NCBI GenBank assembly: GCA_051294905.1
Contig: CM119379.1
Coordinates: 24,118,001 to 24,182,000, forward strand
Direction of reading: 5' to 3'
DNA from: Botryllus schlosseri
Taxonomy: Eukaryota
Length of the DNA: 64,000 bases
Position 1 is the stretch's first letter. Each line of letters starts with the position of its first letter. Position numbers and translations under genes: made by a program. Below the pieces are notes generated by a model. That model saw only the letters and a program-made list of their open reading frames with translations, made no database searches and had not been told where the DNA came from. This document shows, one piece after another, positions 36,801 to 51,987 of the stretch.

Positions 36801-39800
36801 ATCAAGTATCGCATGTCGTTATGTAACATGTTCATATGTACATGAACCAATCAAGATTACATACATGAATATTTGATATAGAGCGGGTAATTCTAGTCGT
36901 ATATTTAAACTAATTAGGTGGAAATGCCGGTAATCTTATTCTAATCAAATTTGCGAAATATTTCTTTGATCAAATTCTAATTCCAATCTAATTTCTGTGA
37001 AATGTTTCTATTATCTAATTTCAATTCTAATCTAACTTCTGGTTTGTCTGAAAATGCTACGGGAGAACTGCCACGTCAGAACCTTACTGTATGAAAATTG
37101 TCATTCTGATGCTATGAGAATAAGCCGATGATTTGATATGAACTGAACTTGATGAACTTTCCAGGTTTTCGCAAATTCTGTAATTTTAGTTCTCATCAAA
37201 TTCGGAAAAAGCTGTGTAACTAGAATTCAACTTTTAATCTAATTTTTAAAAAAACGTGTAGCTGTAATTCTAATTCCAACCTTATTTGGAAACGCTGAAA
37301 ATTGTCCAGGTCTGCATACATAATTAATATCCGTTTCTAATTATACAACATTCCCTTTTGAGCCTACGCAAATTCGCCCAGATAATTTGACTGCAACGAC
37401 CCGCATTGCATCGATTGGGCCACGGGAACAGTCCGCTACCACATGACATTCGCCTGCCTAACGTAAGCAGCAGTACCGATTCGACTTCATACCGCGATTC
37501 ACACTTACCTCTGGTTCTTTCTCGGCTTTATCGTCGGCGGTCGAATTTTCCGGCTCGCCCGGCGGCAATTTACAGCCATCTCGAATCGCCTCCGCTACGT
37601 CGTCGTGGCTCATGTTGATAACGCTCACGTGGTTAACCTGAATGTGGAATTGAATTGAGATGTGTATGTGGGAGATAAGTTCACGTCGAAATGTCTTGAA
37701 ATCGACGAACTACAAAATTTCTTTTTCCATTGGAAATCCATAGGTGGACAATAGGTGTATTCATCCGACTTACACCTCAGCATGAGGTGTGAAGCAGGCG
37801 AATAGCACTTTCAGGTACCAAACTGTGCGTTCACATCCTAACGGGTGTCAATGTATCATTTTCGGGATGCTACCCGAAAACTACTTCCTACTTTTCAAAA
37901 TATACTGAACAACTTGGAAAAAGTGGAAGTACTTCGTCTATGAACACAACTGCCAAGTACCCACCTTGAGGATAGCCTGCCCGCGGACCAGCCCAGCGTT
38001 CATGGCCATGCCGCCTTTGGTAACCGCGTGGACCACGCTGGGAGTGGCGCTTCTGATTTGAAATCCCATGCCCTCGCGAGTCACTGGAATGGCGGCTTTG
38101 CTACAATTGAAATATTAAAGAATTAGTTTGATGTGATAGAATACGCAGTACATAACTTTGTTGATAATACTTCAACCGAAAATTTCAGAACGATTGACGC
38201 ACGGATTTTCAATATGCGCTGCGCATTGCGCAAGCAGAACTGGAACTAGAACTATTCTCTTTTCATACCTCGCAACTAGAAATTCAACTACTCACTTCTG
38301 AAACCTCGCAACTAGAATTAGAACTAGAAATACTAACTTCTAACAACTCGCAACTAGAACTAGAACTAGCGGTATCCACTTTTAAAAACTCGCAACTAGA
38401 ACTAACTACCGACTTTTAAAAACTCGCAACTAGGTCTAGAACTACTCACTTTTAATAACCCGCTACTAACCTAGAACTACTCGATTTTCAAAACTCGCAG
38501 CTAGAACTAGATCTAGCCATTAAAACGCAACTAACTTACTAAAACACAAGCAAGTAGATTTAATTTAGAAGCAACTCATTAATATTTATTGTATTAGGAA
38601 GGACGGGGTTTCGAGTTTGAAATGGAAGGCGTTCTGACCCCCAAAACCCACCCCTGGCTACCCCACTGTTAGTAGTGATGACTCTGAGCTAGCAACGGCT
38701 GCACTAACATCTCACAACAGAACACCGGCATCAAGATTCACGCCAAACGATGACACGTGTTTTCTAGTCGTTCGGCAACTATTTTTAAATGCGGAACTAA
38801 AACTACTAACTTTTCAACATCTACAACTAGAACTAGAAGTACTCACTTTACAAAATACGCAACTATAACTAGAACTACCCGAAAACAGTAGTTAATCGAC
38901 CGTCAACCAGCTAGATTAGTAATTTGTACAAGTTTGGATGCAGAAACATTAGTGCTGATACAATCATAAAAGCAGCATCCATCACTAGAAACAGGCATCT
39001 TACATTTCCTCATCCGCTTTCACAGTCAGATACAGGAGTTGATATTCGTTCAGGTTTTGCTTCAAAACAAATTCGTAGTCCTCTTGCGATTTGCATTTGG
39101 TCAGCGTAGAATAGTTTATTCCGACGATGATTTGACCCGGTAGAAGTCCTTGAACCTGCAAAATGTCACTGGTGAATCCATCCGGCTTCATATCCCAGAA
39201 TATAACTCGACCACTGTAGTAGCTTGTTAGAATGTTAGGTGGATGGGTGTTAGACTGCTGTATTAATGCATTTTAGCGGTCTTGATGTTAAAGCGTATCG
39301 CTACTCTTTCAAATGTCAGTGTGGTGATTGCTGAAGACACTTGGCGCTGATAACTGTAATCAGTTTTCTTCGTTCTGTGATTCTGTTCTCAGCTGCATTC
39401 TCATATCTGTGCTTGGAAGTGCACGTCTTAATTCCTGGTAGTTGATTATAGCTGAATCTTAGTTGATAAAACCTAGAAAGTTATGAAGCAGATTCGTCCA
39501 TGCTTTCCCCGAAAGGAGGTCTCTACAGTCGGTGTATGGTTAAAAATTATTTACCTCACTCTAAATGACATAGTAATGAGCGACATAAAAGACAATACTT
39601 CGGGAAATAGGCAGTATACATTGCTCCAATTGAAACAATCAACAACCACAAAAGAAGTGAATCATTCATCCGTTATATTCCCCCTCAGAAGTGCATATTG
39701 GAGTAGAACAGTGGTTCCCAACCGGTGGGGCATTCCCAACTGGTGGGGAATTCAATGGTTTCTGGTGGGGAATAGACGCATTTGTTAAACATTGTATGCA

Positions 39801-42800
39801 GGATAGTCTACATATTTACGGAGATACATGCGCGATTACCGTTACCAGTTAACTGCTCCGGAATGTATGTATCGAAAATTATATTGCGTGTTGTTCACAA
39901 AAACTCATTTTAACTCTGGATAACCAATGATCGCGTCACAAACGCATCCAGCACGACTAGTATGACATGAAATAACGCTTTCGTTAAATTTTGAGGGTAA
40001 CCGCGGTATCCGGTTCACAATACGTTTTATGCTGCGTACTGGTGTGGTTGTTTCTTGTGTACTCAAATCAGCAAATAGCTGCTCCGTATTGACAAAAGTT
40101 GAAATAAAATACCACGATAGTTTTGGGTAGTGGGTAATGGAGACTCGGAATAAATCTGAAGCGGGGAACGGAGACAAAAAGGTTAGGAACCACTGGAGTA
40201 TAATATCGGTTAAAAAATATGCGTGAACTCTCAACTTCAAACATTCTCCTTTTGTAATAAACAAACCTTGGAAATAGGGCGACGCAATAGTAAACGAGAA
40301 GTTGACTTGTCTGACAACCCATACCTGTGCTTGTGATCCCCTAACAATCGCTGTAATGAGCACGGCGTTGTGGTGGTCAACGTACAGAGCCTCAAAGCCC
40401 AGCGGTTCTTCGGGATTCGTGTTGAGCTGCATAGAAAACAGCGACGCTCGCGACTCATTCCGCAGCACAAGAACTAGCCTTTGACTTACCAACAACACCG
40501 TCTTGGTCTGGTGTACGTCGCCGACGCGAAAATCCATCTTTTGACTGGCTTTCTTCACCAGATCTTTGAGTTTTATTCCGGAATCGCTGGGCTCTTCGTC
40601 GGGCCAGAATTTGAACAGGGACGAGTCGTCTTTGAAGTCCTGTTTGTCGAGGGCTGAAACGCGATGTGGCATTTAAAGTGGTAAATCGGCGATGTCAGAC
40701 AGACTTGGAGAACTACATAATTATAGTTGTCTAATTGAACTACTTAGAGCTGGTAATCTAATTCTAATCTAATTTGTGAAATGTTTGCATGATCAAATTT
40801 ACATTATAATCCAATTTCTGGTTCTCCTGAAAATGTTACAGGAAAACTGTATATAGTGCGGTAGTGAAAAATTTCGCGACCCCCGTTTCGTCATATCAAA
40901 AGAAAATATTAAAAAGAGCAACCGGAATGTTTGCAATCCCAACGCATTGTTTGATGGCATGGCATGTTATAAGAGAATTCTCAAATATGAAATTCGGTCT
41001 ATATATACAGAAAAATAATTATGGGAAGGAGATAAATGTTCGGTTCAGTTCAATATTCTGTCAAAAATATTCATGTGCAATGGTAGGACGTAGCATATAG
41101 ATATTTTTAGCGATTTTGGAGTGTAATCACTTGAGCTTAGCTCAAACGTACCTTACCGCAAGGAAAATCAAAAATCAATCGCGTGGACCGCCCGCCATAC
41201 AAACTTCGCGTTTTAAGATAATTTAATTCACCCTACACTTTGTACCTCCCTGTGCATTCTGCACAGATTCTGATTTCATTAAAAAATATATAATTCTCGG
41301 ATCCTAGTTCCAGTTCTAGTTTCCAGTTCTGGTTCTCAAATTCTGGGTGGTAGGGTAGAATACGGAATTACCGTGATGTAATATGCTGCTTTCGCATAAC
41401 GTCTGTCCGAGATTCATGGCCTCTTCTCGCGATTTACAGTCGCCCTGCTCGACCATAAAGTCGATCAGCTTGCGGGCTTCGATGACTTGCCGGTAACTTC
41501 TCAAGTTCCTGTCTTTATCCCTGAAAATTCGATGAGTCGAGATAACTGTTGATCATAGATGGGGTACCTCCATCTAGTAATCAGTGCTTCTTTTCCTAGC
41601 AGGGGGTCGTTGAGTCGGGTTATCATAGTTTGGAATCGGGAAAGGACACTTTTACCAAATCATCAAAGTTGGTTGAACGAAACTGAAAACAGTCGGCTTG
41701 GCAATATTTACTGGGATTTACATTGAGTTGACAAATAAAAAAAGGTCTTCACTTTTACTCGACTTCCGAATGACCCGCTCGAACGTCCATTACCTATTTC
41801 ATGTCATTTATGCGAATTTTCAGTTCACTGTGTCCATTTAAAGGAGGAAGAATTGCAAAAAAAGGGAGATTTAGGCGTCGTCGGATGATATTTTCAATTT
41901 CCTTAAAAAGGAGGACAAATCCTCCTAAAGAAGGACTCATGGTAACCCTATCACTGAGCCAGTCTCGGGGGTTCACCGGAGTTCAAGACACACAATCGAC
42001 TCAGACAGCAAAGGTGTCATTGATTAGCAGTATATATTTAAAATATTATAATATTTTCATTTTGTTTGAAAATCATGTTTCAATGTTTTTATTCCTTTAA
42101 CAGTGTTGTCGATGGACAGGTCATTTCGTGTATCAGACCAGTATGGTGACGTAACATGCGTAATGTCGCCGATTTTCGTTTTTGTGACTCTTCGAAAATT
42201 TGGAGTTTGCCGAAGACATGTAAATTAACTTAAGGGTTCTCCAGGTTAGTAAAGGTTTAAGAGCCGCTGACCTGCGGAAATATAGAATTCAGAAGAAGGG
42301 AATTTTTCAACTTGATTTGTAGTGATCGTCGCAAAAATGATTAAAATTCTGGGTGAAACATCATCCTATGACCGATGATCAATATATACAATATTGTAAG
42401 AGACATGATATCTATGTAAACCATTCACTTTTAGTTAGCTCTAACGCCATATTGAGCTTGAACCTGATCTTTGTAGTAAGATGGTGCTAAGCGCTTTGAG
42501 ATGTATAATTTAGCGGCTGATTTAGATTTGATTATTAAGTTGTTTTATTAGATCGTATTCCAATCATAGACAATTAGTCGTAATGAGTAGTGCCTGGAAA
42601 GCCTGAAGTTTGATCAGTTAAGTTAGGGTTACATTGTGTATTTATAATTGCATTTTGGTTGCAGTTTACCGTATTCTTAACGCATTGTCATAAATTCTTA
42701 ATGACAGAAAAAATCCAAAGAAGGATGTGCTTTGTCTATTTGAGTTGCGCGTTGAACACTCTCCAATCTATGTGTGACCTCGCGTAACGCAATTTGCCTG

Positions 42801-45800
42801 GGAACGGAATAAATATATCATTGTCCTGACAGTGTCTCAAGGAACACCAAATTCCTGATTCCTGTTCTGTGATGCGTCGCAATGCCAGTAACTCAATTGC
42901 AATGACTGGTTAAAACAGAGTGAATGATATTCAATTCTACTTTCGACAAAAAGTGCTGGCAACAGACTGACTCTGCCACGGATGTCTAGTACGGCTCATA
43001 GCATGCAGTGGTATGGAATAAATCCCACATAATGATACCGGTATTCGCGGTAATTCGTGCCTGGCATTTCGCACCGTTTCCAGTAGTATATTCTCATGTG
43101 AATTAGAAACGGGAGGATAAATCTAAAGAGAATCCAATACCCCGATGTATACGCCAGCTGAAACCAGGCACTGTTCCAATCCAGAACAGACACGTAACTA
43201 AATATGACATCTAATATTGTCTTCAGAAGCGATAGCCCTCATCTCTACCACAGGTGTGTTTACACTAGTGGCACTCATGCGTAGCAATGACGTCACCGCC
43301 AAATAAGAATGGTGTGCCGTAAATCGTGCTGTAGCCATATGTAGTATATGATAGGATGGTGGTCAAAGTGGTCACCGTTGCTGCTCAAGTAGAAATTGGA
43401 GTATATTTCTACTCAGTTACAAGCAGTGCCAAATTCAAAGACATGCCAAAATCTGCCTATTTCGACCAGTTTTTATGACAATTTCACTCGGAAAAGCCAT
43501 GCAAACTTATCCCAAAGCTACTGTCTACTTTTCAAAGCACAAGGTGTGCAAAGTGCAAGCTAAGTAGCTGTTTTGCCAAAAACAAACGTTAAGTAAAAGT
43601 GAAACCATTTTAGTAAGCATTATAAGCAACACAGTAGGTAAAGAATTACGTTGTAAATCACCAGTGACAGTGACCACCTCCGGATTCGATGTATGCCTGG
43701 TAACTCAGTTCTTACCGGACCAGCGGTTGAAAGAGACAATTCAGCCTGGAATAGATTCGCAAGCCCTTGGCGATCAGGTCCTGGCTTTCCCCGCGCGGTT
43801 TGAAAGTGCCGTCGTCGTAACGGAACCGGTACAGAACATTCTCGTTCTTGAAGTGATGCTTGTCCGCCACTGAAAAAGTCATCGCGTGAGTTAACATCGT
43901 GGTCAGTAATGAAGTGATTCTACTTTTTCCGAGTACTCAAGTGCTAACGGTTTTACATAACTTCCACTTCTACTTGAACTGTTTTTTAAGTCAAAAATAC
44001 CTACTTATTAACAAGTTGGATTTTCACAGTCGGAGAGCAGTTGTGGGATGAGTTTGTACCAGTTTTATGAGTACTGTCATACGGTGGTTATTTTTGTGAC
44101 AGCACTCACAAAAGCGGTTCAAAGTCATCGCACGAGTGTTGTCATAAAAATAGCCCCTGTTTCACGGCACATGAATATATTTTCGATGAAAGCACCGAAT
44201 CCATTAGTGATGTCATCAGTCACTCTGTGTTAGTTGCGAAGATACATCTTCCAATTTCGAAAATAGCCACCTTCGATTAACCCCTAAAATTGAATAGTTT
44301 ATTCGTATTGAAATGAACTCGAATATTTTCGGCTGTCTCACGTAACGGATAATCGTCAGCAACCAGTGGAGAATTGACAAGAAGATTGGGCATTTTGGTC
44401 GTGAACGCATTCTATTTTCGCTAAGAGTGTACATTGTAAATCCACGGATGGAAAATATGCGTATTTATCAGATTTTCACCATGGCGTGGGGTGTAAATCA
44501 GCTTTATAGCCCTTATAAGGGACAAACTGTGCTTTCGCACCCTTTCAAAAGGCGTGCCACCTTTTTGAGATATCTTGGGTGGTACATAAAAATAGAACGC
44601 ACCACACCCCTGGGATATATCTTCATAAGGATTGGTGCATTTGACTCGTTTACACCCATTGGATGGGTATGAAAGTACAATATGATAGCTGAAAGGGATA
44701 TACACCTGATTTACAACATGTGCCAAGGTAGAAATCAGTCAAATACACGATTTTACAGAGTACTGACCATGGTGTAAGATACCGCAATCCATCAGCGCCT
44801 GTCCGAGCATTATCGCCTCGTCCACGCTTTTTGACTCGCGGTTGCTAACCAGCCACTCCACGAATTCGCTGTGAATGGTGAAGTTACGAGTCTTCCCACT
44901 GTCTTTGTATTGAAAAATCTGCAGCTTACCTTCCCACCAGCGCTTTCGGGTGAGTTCGAAGCATCGCCTTTCTGTCTTTGATCAGATTGTCGAGACCGGC
45001 CTTGTAGTAAATTCGCTTCCCTTTGCTGTGAAGAACGTCGACCGTGTCTCGCTGATCCACGCTCACTTTACCTTTGAAACAATCGTACAATGTTGACTTC
45101 CGTTACTGCATATACTTTACGCACTGTATGTTTGGTTCCCCCTGTAATTAAATAGCAACGAGAAACACTGAAACAAATGTGCGAGTCTTGTTGCGATGAG
45201 GGACCAATTTTCATGATGTAGCAACAGATCAGAGGTGTTCAACCTTCGTGGCCAAATGGCTACATGCGGCGTACGATTAATTGCGCGGGTCACTTGATTA
45301 CTGATGACCTCTATTTCACTTTAGTTTAGCCATCAGCATCCCAAATTTCGGGTCAGGATCTTATAATTTTGGCTGTAACCCTGGCTACAGCGTAATAGAG
45401 AAAGACAGCAGAAAATAAATGCCAGCTTCTCGAAAGACAAGTTCGCCATAAATTACGTAGGCCTATCTATGCGATTAATTTGATAGTATAACTTTGTCAT
45501 TGCGAAAATTACTGCGTGTTACACTCCGAATCTTCCCGAGGGCGACGGGTTGGCCACTGCCACGTGCTATAAATAATAGCGATGCATCATCACTAGTGCA
45601 AGTTTTTGTGGCAGTCAAATCCGTGGAAAGTGACACTTATTTTTTTTTAAAGTTGCATTTATTTTTTCACAAAAGTTGCACTAAAAAGTTGCATTTATGG
45701 ACTAGTTTCTTGAAATTATTAGGGTATGAGATACTCCAATCGATCCGTATCCAAGGCACTGTAGCAAAACTCAGTGTTGGCGACTTCAACAGAATCAATA

Positions 45801-48800
45801 GCCTGAAAAAATTGACACAGTGAAATTACAATTTTCGGGGGTCCAACCTGAATGTACGTCAAATCAGAAAGGACCTCAAATTTAAATGACAGTGAAATAA
45901 TCGAGCGATCTATTTATACATATAGTGCCAAATATTTCCATTGCATGAATGATCGAAAAAACTTGCAAAACGTCGCGTGTAAAATAGAAAAAACTTGCAT
46001 GAAAAAAATGGAGAAAGTTGCATAAAGTTGCAATATAAGATTCCTCCAAACAGCTTAAAACACCATACTACATAACTTCCGAGTATTTACGAAGTTGCTG
46101 GAAGCTGTGAAAAAAAGGTTGCAAAAGTTGCAAAAACGTGCCTTTATCATCACTAACCAGATTTACATGAATTTTAGCCTGTGCTAAACTAAATGTAAGC
46201 AACTGCCTTGGCGATTACACCATCGGTTCATGAGCCGCCCGATGGGTGATAAACAGCCTCGCGATAACGTACTATCAGATATAAAGACAAATCAATAATA
46301 CGTTGGTTGTTGATATTGAAATAAATCCGAATATTTTCGGTTGACACATGCCAGAGGTACTCATCAGTAACTATAGCAGAAAAGTGAAAAGAGCATTGTA
46401 TATCAGCAACAGTATATGAATATGTTATTCACTATGGGGCCTATACCGAAGTTCTATACCTGGAAGTGTCGCATCAGATATAGTGCCATCGATGCAGAGA
46501 CGATACTAGAAACTTCTAGGCCGTCAATGAAGGAGAAAATACCGCGAATGCGCAAGTCAATGTCTATCACACTGCCAATCCGGATTCAGAAAGGTCGGAG
46601 AAGCATACAAAGGGCGATTGATACGCAAGCGATTTGCTGCGGATTCCATTTATTGATCATTTCCATTCTAAATCGCGTCAACATTGTCAGTATATCACAT
46701 AGATTGGAGATGACAGCAATTTTGCGACAGCGCGTTGCGTATACATGAATTAGACTCATCACGAAGGTATGAATTTGCATTCCCAGTCTATACCTGCCGG
46801 TTTCAGAATGCCGTCTTTTGTTTTTAGAGTATCAGGGAAGGTGAAAAGATATATATGTCAAGGAACTTCAATTTGGCTCGCTGCAAACTTGCTTCGCAAA
46901 AGACTCCGCATGCTGCATACGCATAAATAGAACTGTCTTCGCATAAGCAGCATATGTTTTTCATGTAGGCTATCCAACCAAGATGCGGAAAACGTGCAGT
47001 GTTATCGCACGCTTGCGTGACAAATGTTGATGTTGATTGCAATAACGATCGGTAGTTTTAGGCTGACTTGTGCATCATAAGGCATATGATGCGAACGCCG
47101 GTAGTATATCAATTATTATGATTTCCAAACATTAAAGTGACGAAAATGCGTGTTATCGGACTGTAAACACAAGTGTTTTCGAAAAATCGTGATAGGCGAG
47201 GGAAAATATTCGTATCATTTAGGAATGTAACATTTTACTCATTCCGTGTGATCGCCTAGGCCCATGTGGGTGTCTGATTTCGAAGACTTATACTCCAAGT
47301 CGTTTCGACACCATCCAACCTTTAATTATGTCGCAGTCATGTGGTGTTTTGAGGTGATTAAAATTATCAATAAACTGATGCTACTTTTCGGTGCTCAAAT
47401 CTATGTTGATAAGCAATATCGAAGCACGAAATTCGACCTTTGTTCGAAATTCAATGTCCGAATAATTAGCTAAGAAAAAATTGTGAATCGCAACACTGTC
47501 AAAAAATAACAATCTATAAACCCGCTTTTCTGGATCAAAATCCAATGCCAATGCCAATGTCCTATGTGTGCCTACGTCCAAGGACACCTGTGTCGTTCCT
47601 ATAATCCTGTATATAGGACTGATATGTGCCAGGGCGTGTTCTCATGGAGACAAGGGCAGTTCAGACACCACATCATATGCATTGCTCAAATTCAACCACA
47701 GAATGTGTATTAAATATGCAACGCTTACGCACGACAATATCGAGACAAATTCTAAACGACCCAGCTATGGTTGTACAATGTACATGTACATACATTGTAC
47801 AATCTTCACTGCTTGTATCGAATATGTTATAAGTTGACCATACCAATCAATCGCCTTCCTGGAAGACATGAATCAATTACGATTACGTTCAGCCAGACAA
47901 ATTTGATATCACATCAGAACGTTCTGGCACAGTTATCGCCACAATGCATGAGCGATGCGCGATTGTACCGTCGAAGGTCTGACTCGGCTTAATTAGGAGT
48001 TTTGCGTGACTGGACCGACACGAAAACGCCGAGAAGGTGCAATGAGATGGCCATTTGAATCGTCTTAACGCGACGCGATTGATCTAATATAAAACTTGGT
48101 AGTATATTTCCGTTTCCTGTTCCAATTATAACAGATAATTCGTCTAAACACCGGCTATTTAATGTGGAAACACGAGACAACAAAAGACCAACAAGTGATA
48201 AGCAGTAAGCACCCACTTTTTGTTAATCAAAGAAAATAAAAACTTGTCCATATCAGGGGTTCCCAAATGAGGACGTTCGCCTATTCTCTGGGGTCGCGGT
48301 GACGAAAATTAAATACCAATGGCCAGTACAAGAATGCCAAGTAAGCAGATACTATCGGCGGCTCGTTTCTGAACATTTTAGTTCACTTTTTAAAATAGAA
48401 GAAAAATGCGAACCCGACAAACAAGGTATCAGGTCAGTCGAAGCGTCACGTTAAAGCGCCACCTACTATAACGCAAGGTCGGTGGCTGGCCATCACTACG
48501 AAGATTAAAATGTCGGGATGATAGAAACCAATAGGACAGTCATTTTTCATTCCAGAGAAAAATAGAAGTGACCGGTAGTGCTATGTGTTGACAGTTTAAT
48601 ACACACATACATACACGCTCGGCGCGACCGAATAACTTATAGATTGTTACCTAGCCTATTTCGCATTACGCATAATTTCACGTATCAGGATCAGGACTTG
48701 GCCACTTCTATTGGATAGTCTTGATTGGCGGAGGTTGACGAGTTCATAATTGCATAATTGTTATTAGTGCACAACTGCACATATAGTCGCCAGCTTCCTG

Positions 48801-51800
48801 AATAGGCCGTGTGTGGTTCGGGCGAAGGTGCTGACCATTTTTTAGTAATCCTCACGCCAAATTGAGAGGTGGGAACATTTTCAAATCAAGATGTGGGGTC
48901 GCGAACACAAAAAGGCTGGTAGCCCCTGGCTTTATCAACAACCGTATCACCATATACATTATACAATACTCAATGAACACATGAGAATTATATTCAATTG
49001 TATACGGAAGTTCTGTCTCTTCAAAATGATGGATGTACACTTTATTGACACGGCCTGGAACTGTCAGTAACAATCCACTTCACGTCGCGAATTATTAGAT
49101 TGAATATGTGACTCAAAAACTACGTATGTTGTAATTTGTGAAATCATCAACAAATAGTAGTAGTTGTTGGAATGTTTTGTAACTGCGCGATCAATCTAGT
49201 CCCGAAATTGACAAGCAAGCGATGAGTCAATTGAAGAATTGCCGCATACGCTAAATTGTAAGCAAATTCAAAAGTGAACACTATTCTATCAAGCAACCGC
49301 AATTTCCTACTTCGGCGTTTCTCTCGTTCCATTACGAATTCATTAAGCCAAGCTTCCTTCTCCTCTTTGTCCTTAGCGAGCAGGACGAACCACTTGTTTT
49401 TGGCGGCATTCAAAATCTTCCAGCCATTGTTGACAGTGTAGCCGCAGCTGTGGAAGTCCGCTGCAACGGCAACATTGTCGATTGTTTATACGCCGGTCGC
49501 TCTCGACACATACATCCGTGTTATTGACAAGGATGGTAATACAATTTCGTCTGCTCTCTTGGAATACGGGGGATCGTTATTACATGTAATTCACGAACAC
49601 CGAAGATCTTCTATACAGAGGACTTGAACAACTAGATAATTATAGTTGTTTAATCATACTATTTATTATACTTATGGCGGTAATCTAATTCTAATCTAAT
49701 TTCTGGTTACAAGCGAACTATTTAGTGCGCAAGCGCAATGAGTCAAGCTTGGTATACAGACATTCGCCATTCCCATGTTTATAGAATTAAATGTGATTTG
49801 ATATAAAGTTAACTTAATTTTCGTTGCATTTCTTTCTAATTCGGAATGTAATCCAATTTATAGTTTTCTGCTAATGCAGTAATTCTAATTACAATCTAAT
49901 TAAAAAAAAAAACTGTGTAGCTATAATTCTATTTCTAATCCAACAGTTGGAAATTTTATACTACAAGTCTGCTATTCAGCGGTGTCATTTTATTGACCTC
50001 CTCTACAGATGATCGTTATCATGGAAATATGTTCGCCGTATACCACACTTTGTTCATTTAATGGTGGTGATCAAAATATTGATCGAATAAATAAATTCGA
50101 ATATAGGAGGAAAATTATTAGTCTCAGTCTACGTCAATTCCTCCCTTCAAACATCGTCAATATTATTCGTGAACAAAAATGATAAAATCGCCAGTCTCGC
50201 ATACGCACATGTGCCGTCGTCCACGCTCTCTATTTCCATCAATTCCGTGGAAATTCGTCCTTTGAAAATCCACTTCTTCTGATCCTGCGGGTTCTTTTTC
50301 CGTTTGGTTTTTTTCTTCGTCAACGTACCCATCTTATCCTGCTTTTCGGAACCTTGCAATCTGAATGATTACACAGCGTATATGTTAGCTGTAAGGTATT
50401 GCTGCAAGATCAGTGAAACAGTATAGATAAGCGCTTCCCGACCTTTTTCAGTTCTTGACCCACAATGAGATATGTCCAAACGGATAAAAAACAAATTAAC
50501 GAGGAAAGAAACCATCCATACACATGTAATGTACTATCAATGCGAAAGTCGAGCTTGCATATTGAGTAATAGATTTTATCAGATCAAGTTTAGGATATAT
50601 TTTCTTGATTTTCCTACTTGGAAAAATATACAGAAATACCTAAAATTGAGGTAGCCTACAGCTATTTTTGACCGACCGCCACATGCAAGTCATGTATTTA
50701 TACCTATAAAATTGCTATCATATCAACAAGAAGATTGCTGGCATTCCATAACAACCGAAATCAACCTTCTATGACTTATTAAAGAGAAAACTGTAACAGT
50801 AAGAACAAAGAAGGGCTTTGAGACCCACTGGTTGGGAAGCACTGGTATAGATAATCCGCGTCACACTACAGTTTAATCATAGAAAAGCACCGTAATTACC
50901 TTGGCAGAGTGTTGGCTTTTTTACAATACACGAGCAATTGATCGAATAAGAAAAACTGTCTCTCTTGTATGTTTCCAGCGGATATTTTCAACAAGGGGCC
51001 TTGCTTGATCAAAGTGGAGCAGGTGTCGGTCAAGTTGGCGCCCTGAACAACGAGATTCCGTTAATAGACCCTGCGCTGCGTTGTAGTTCTAATCTAATTT
51101 GGTAAATGTTTCTTTGATCTAGTCTTAATTCTAATTTCTGGTATTACCGAAAATGCTACAGGAGAGCTGCGTAGTTCGAAACGAGCCGAGTTTCCTGTAC
51201 AGAGATTTGCCTGCTCATGCTTATGAGAACGAACTCTGATATGAAACGAACCGAACTTGATTCAATGTCCAAGATTTCGCGAATTCAGTAATTCCAATTC
51301 GAATCTAATTTGGAAAAACCTGTGCAGCTATAATTCTTACTCTAGTCTAATTTGCAAAAATATTGAATAGCTATAACCTGTGATTCTGATTCTTATCTAA
51401 CTCAGAAAAGCTGAAAATTGATTATAGTAGTCCAAGTCCGCTGCCTTATTGCCCAACATTTTATCCAGCCTGCCTACCTCCCAATTGGCTATCGTCTGTT
51501 GCAATTCTTCTAATTTCTCCAGTTGTTCCAACTGTCGTTTGGTTTCGTTAACGTTACTGCACACTTTTTTCATGATCTCCCACGCCTCCATTACGTGTGG
51601 ATAATCGGGATGTTCTTCTGGAGTGCGCTTGGCGAGTTCCTGCGAATAAATACCGAGTATAGTTGTGTATGTAAGGCGTCGTAAGTGCTATCTTAAGACA
51701 ATGATGAAATCGCCAATCTTCCATCAAGAAGATGGTGGAGCGTCCGACGTCATGATCGATAGGTCGTGGGTTCAATCCCCGTCAGACCATAGGCCTGATC

Positions 51801-51949
51801 ACTAAATAATGGCGTCCGTGGTTTCCCGACTTTGCGCTTAGCATTTCCGGGATAGTATGGGGTGGTGCAGGCCTTACAAGGCAATTTCTGCACATTCCCT
51901 GTTCAGCGGCATATACCCATCATGCACTCATGGTATGCATATGCACAAA

Positions 51950-51987
<38 letters not shown>

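Noticed and set aside
37340-37465. GC-rich segment after exon 18 as an exon
   Set aside because: No donor giving the needed phase; 36497-36621 fits better
39905-40672. 255-aa ORF as a stand-alone gene
   Set aside because: It is P-Rex exons 14-15 plus an in-frame intron, reading through into intron and MITE (39709-40195) sequence
42420-42545. LINE-2-like 3' tail (TAAGCGCTTTGAG)
   Set aside because: Too short to support, with no adjacent reverse-transcriptase remnant recognised
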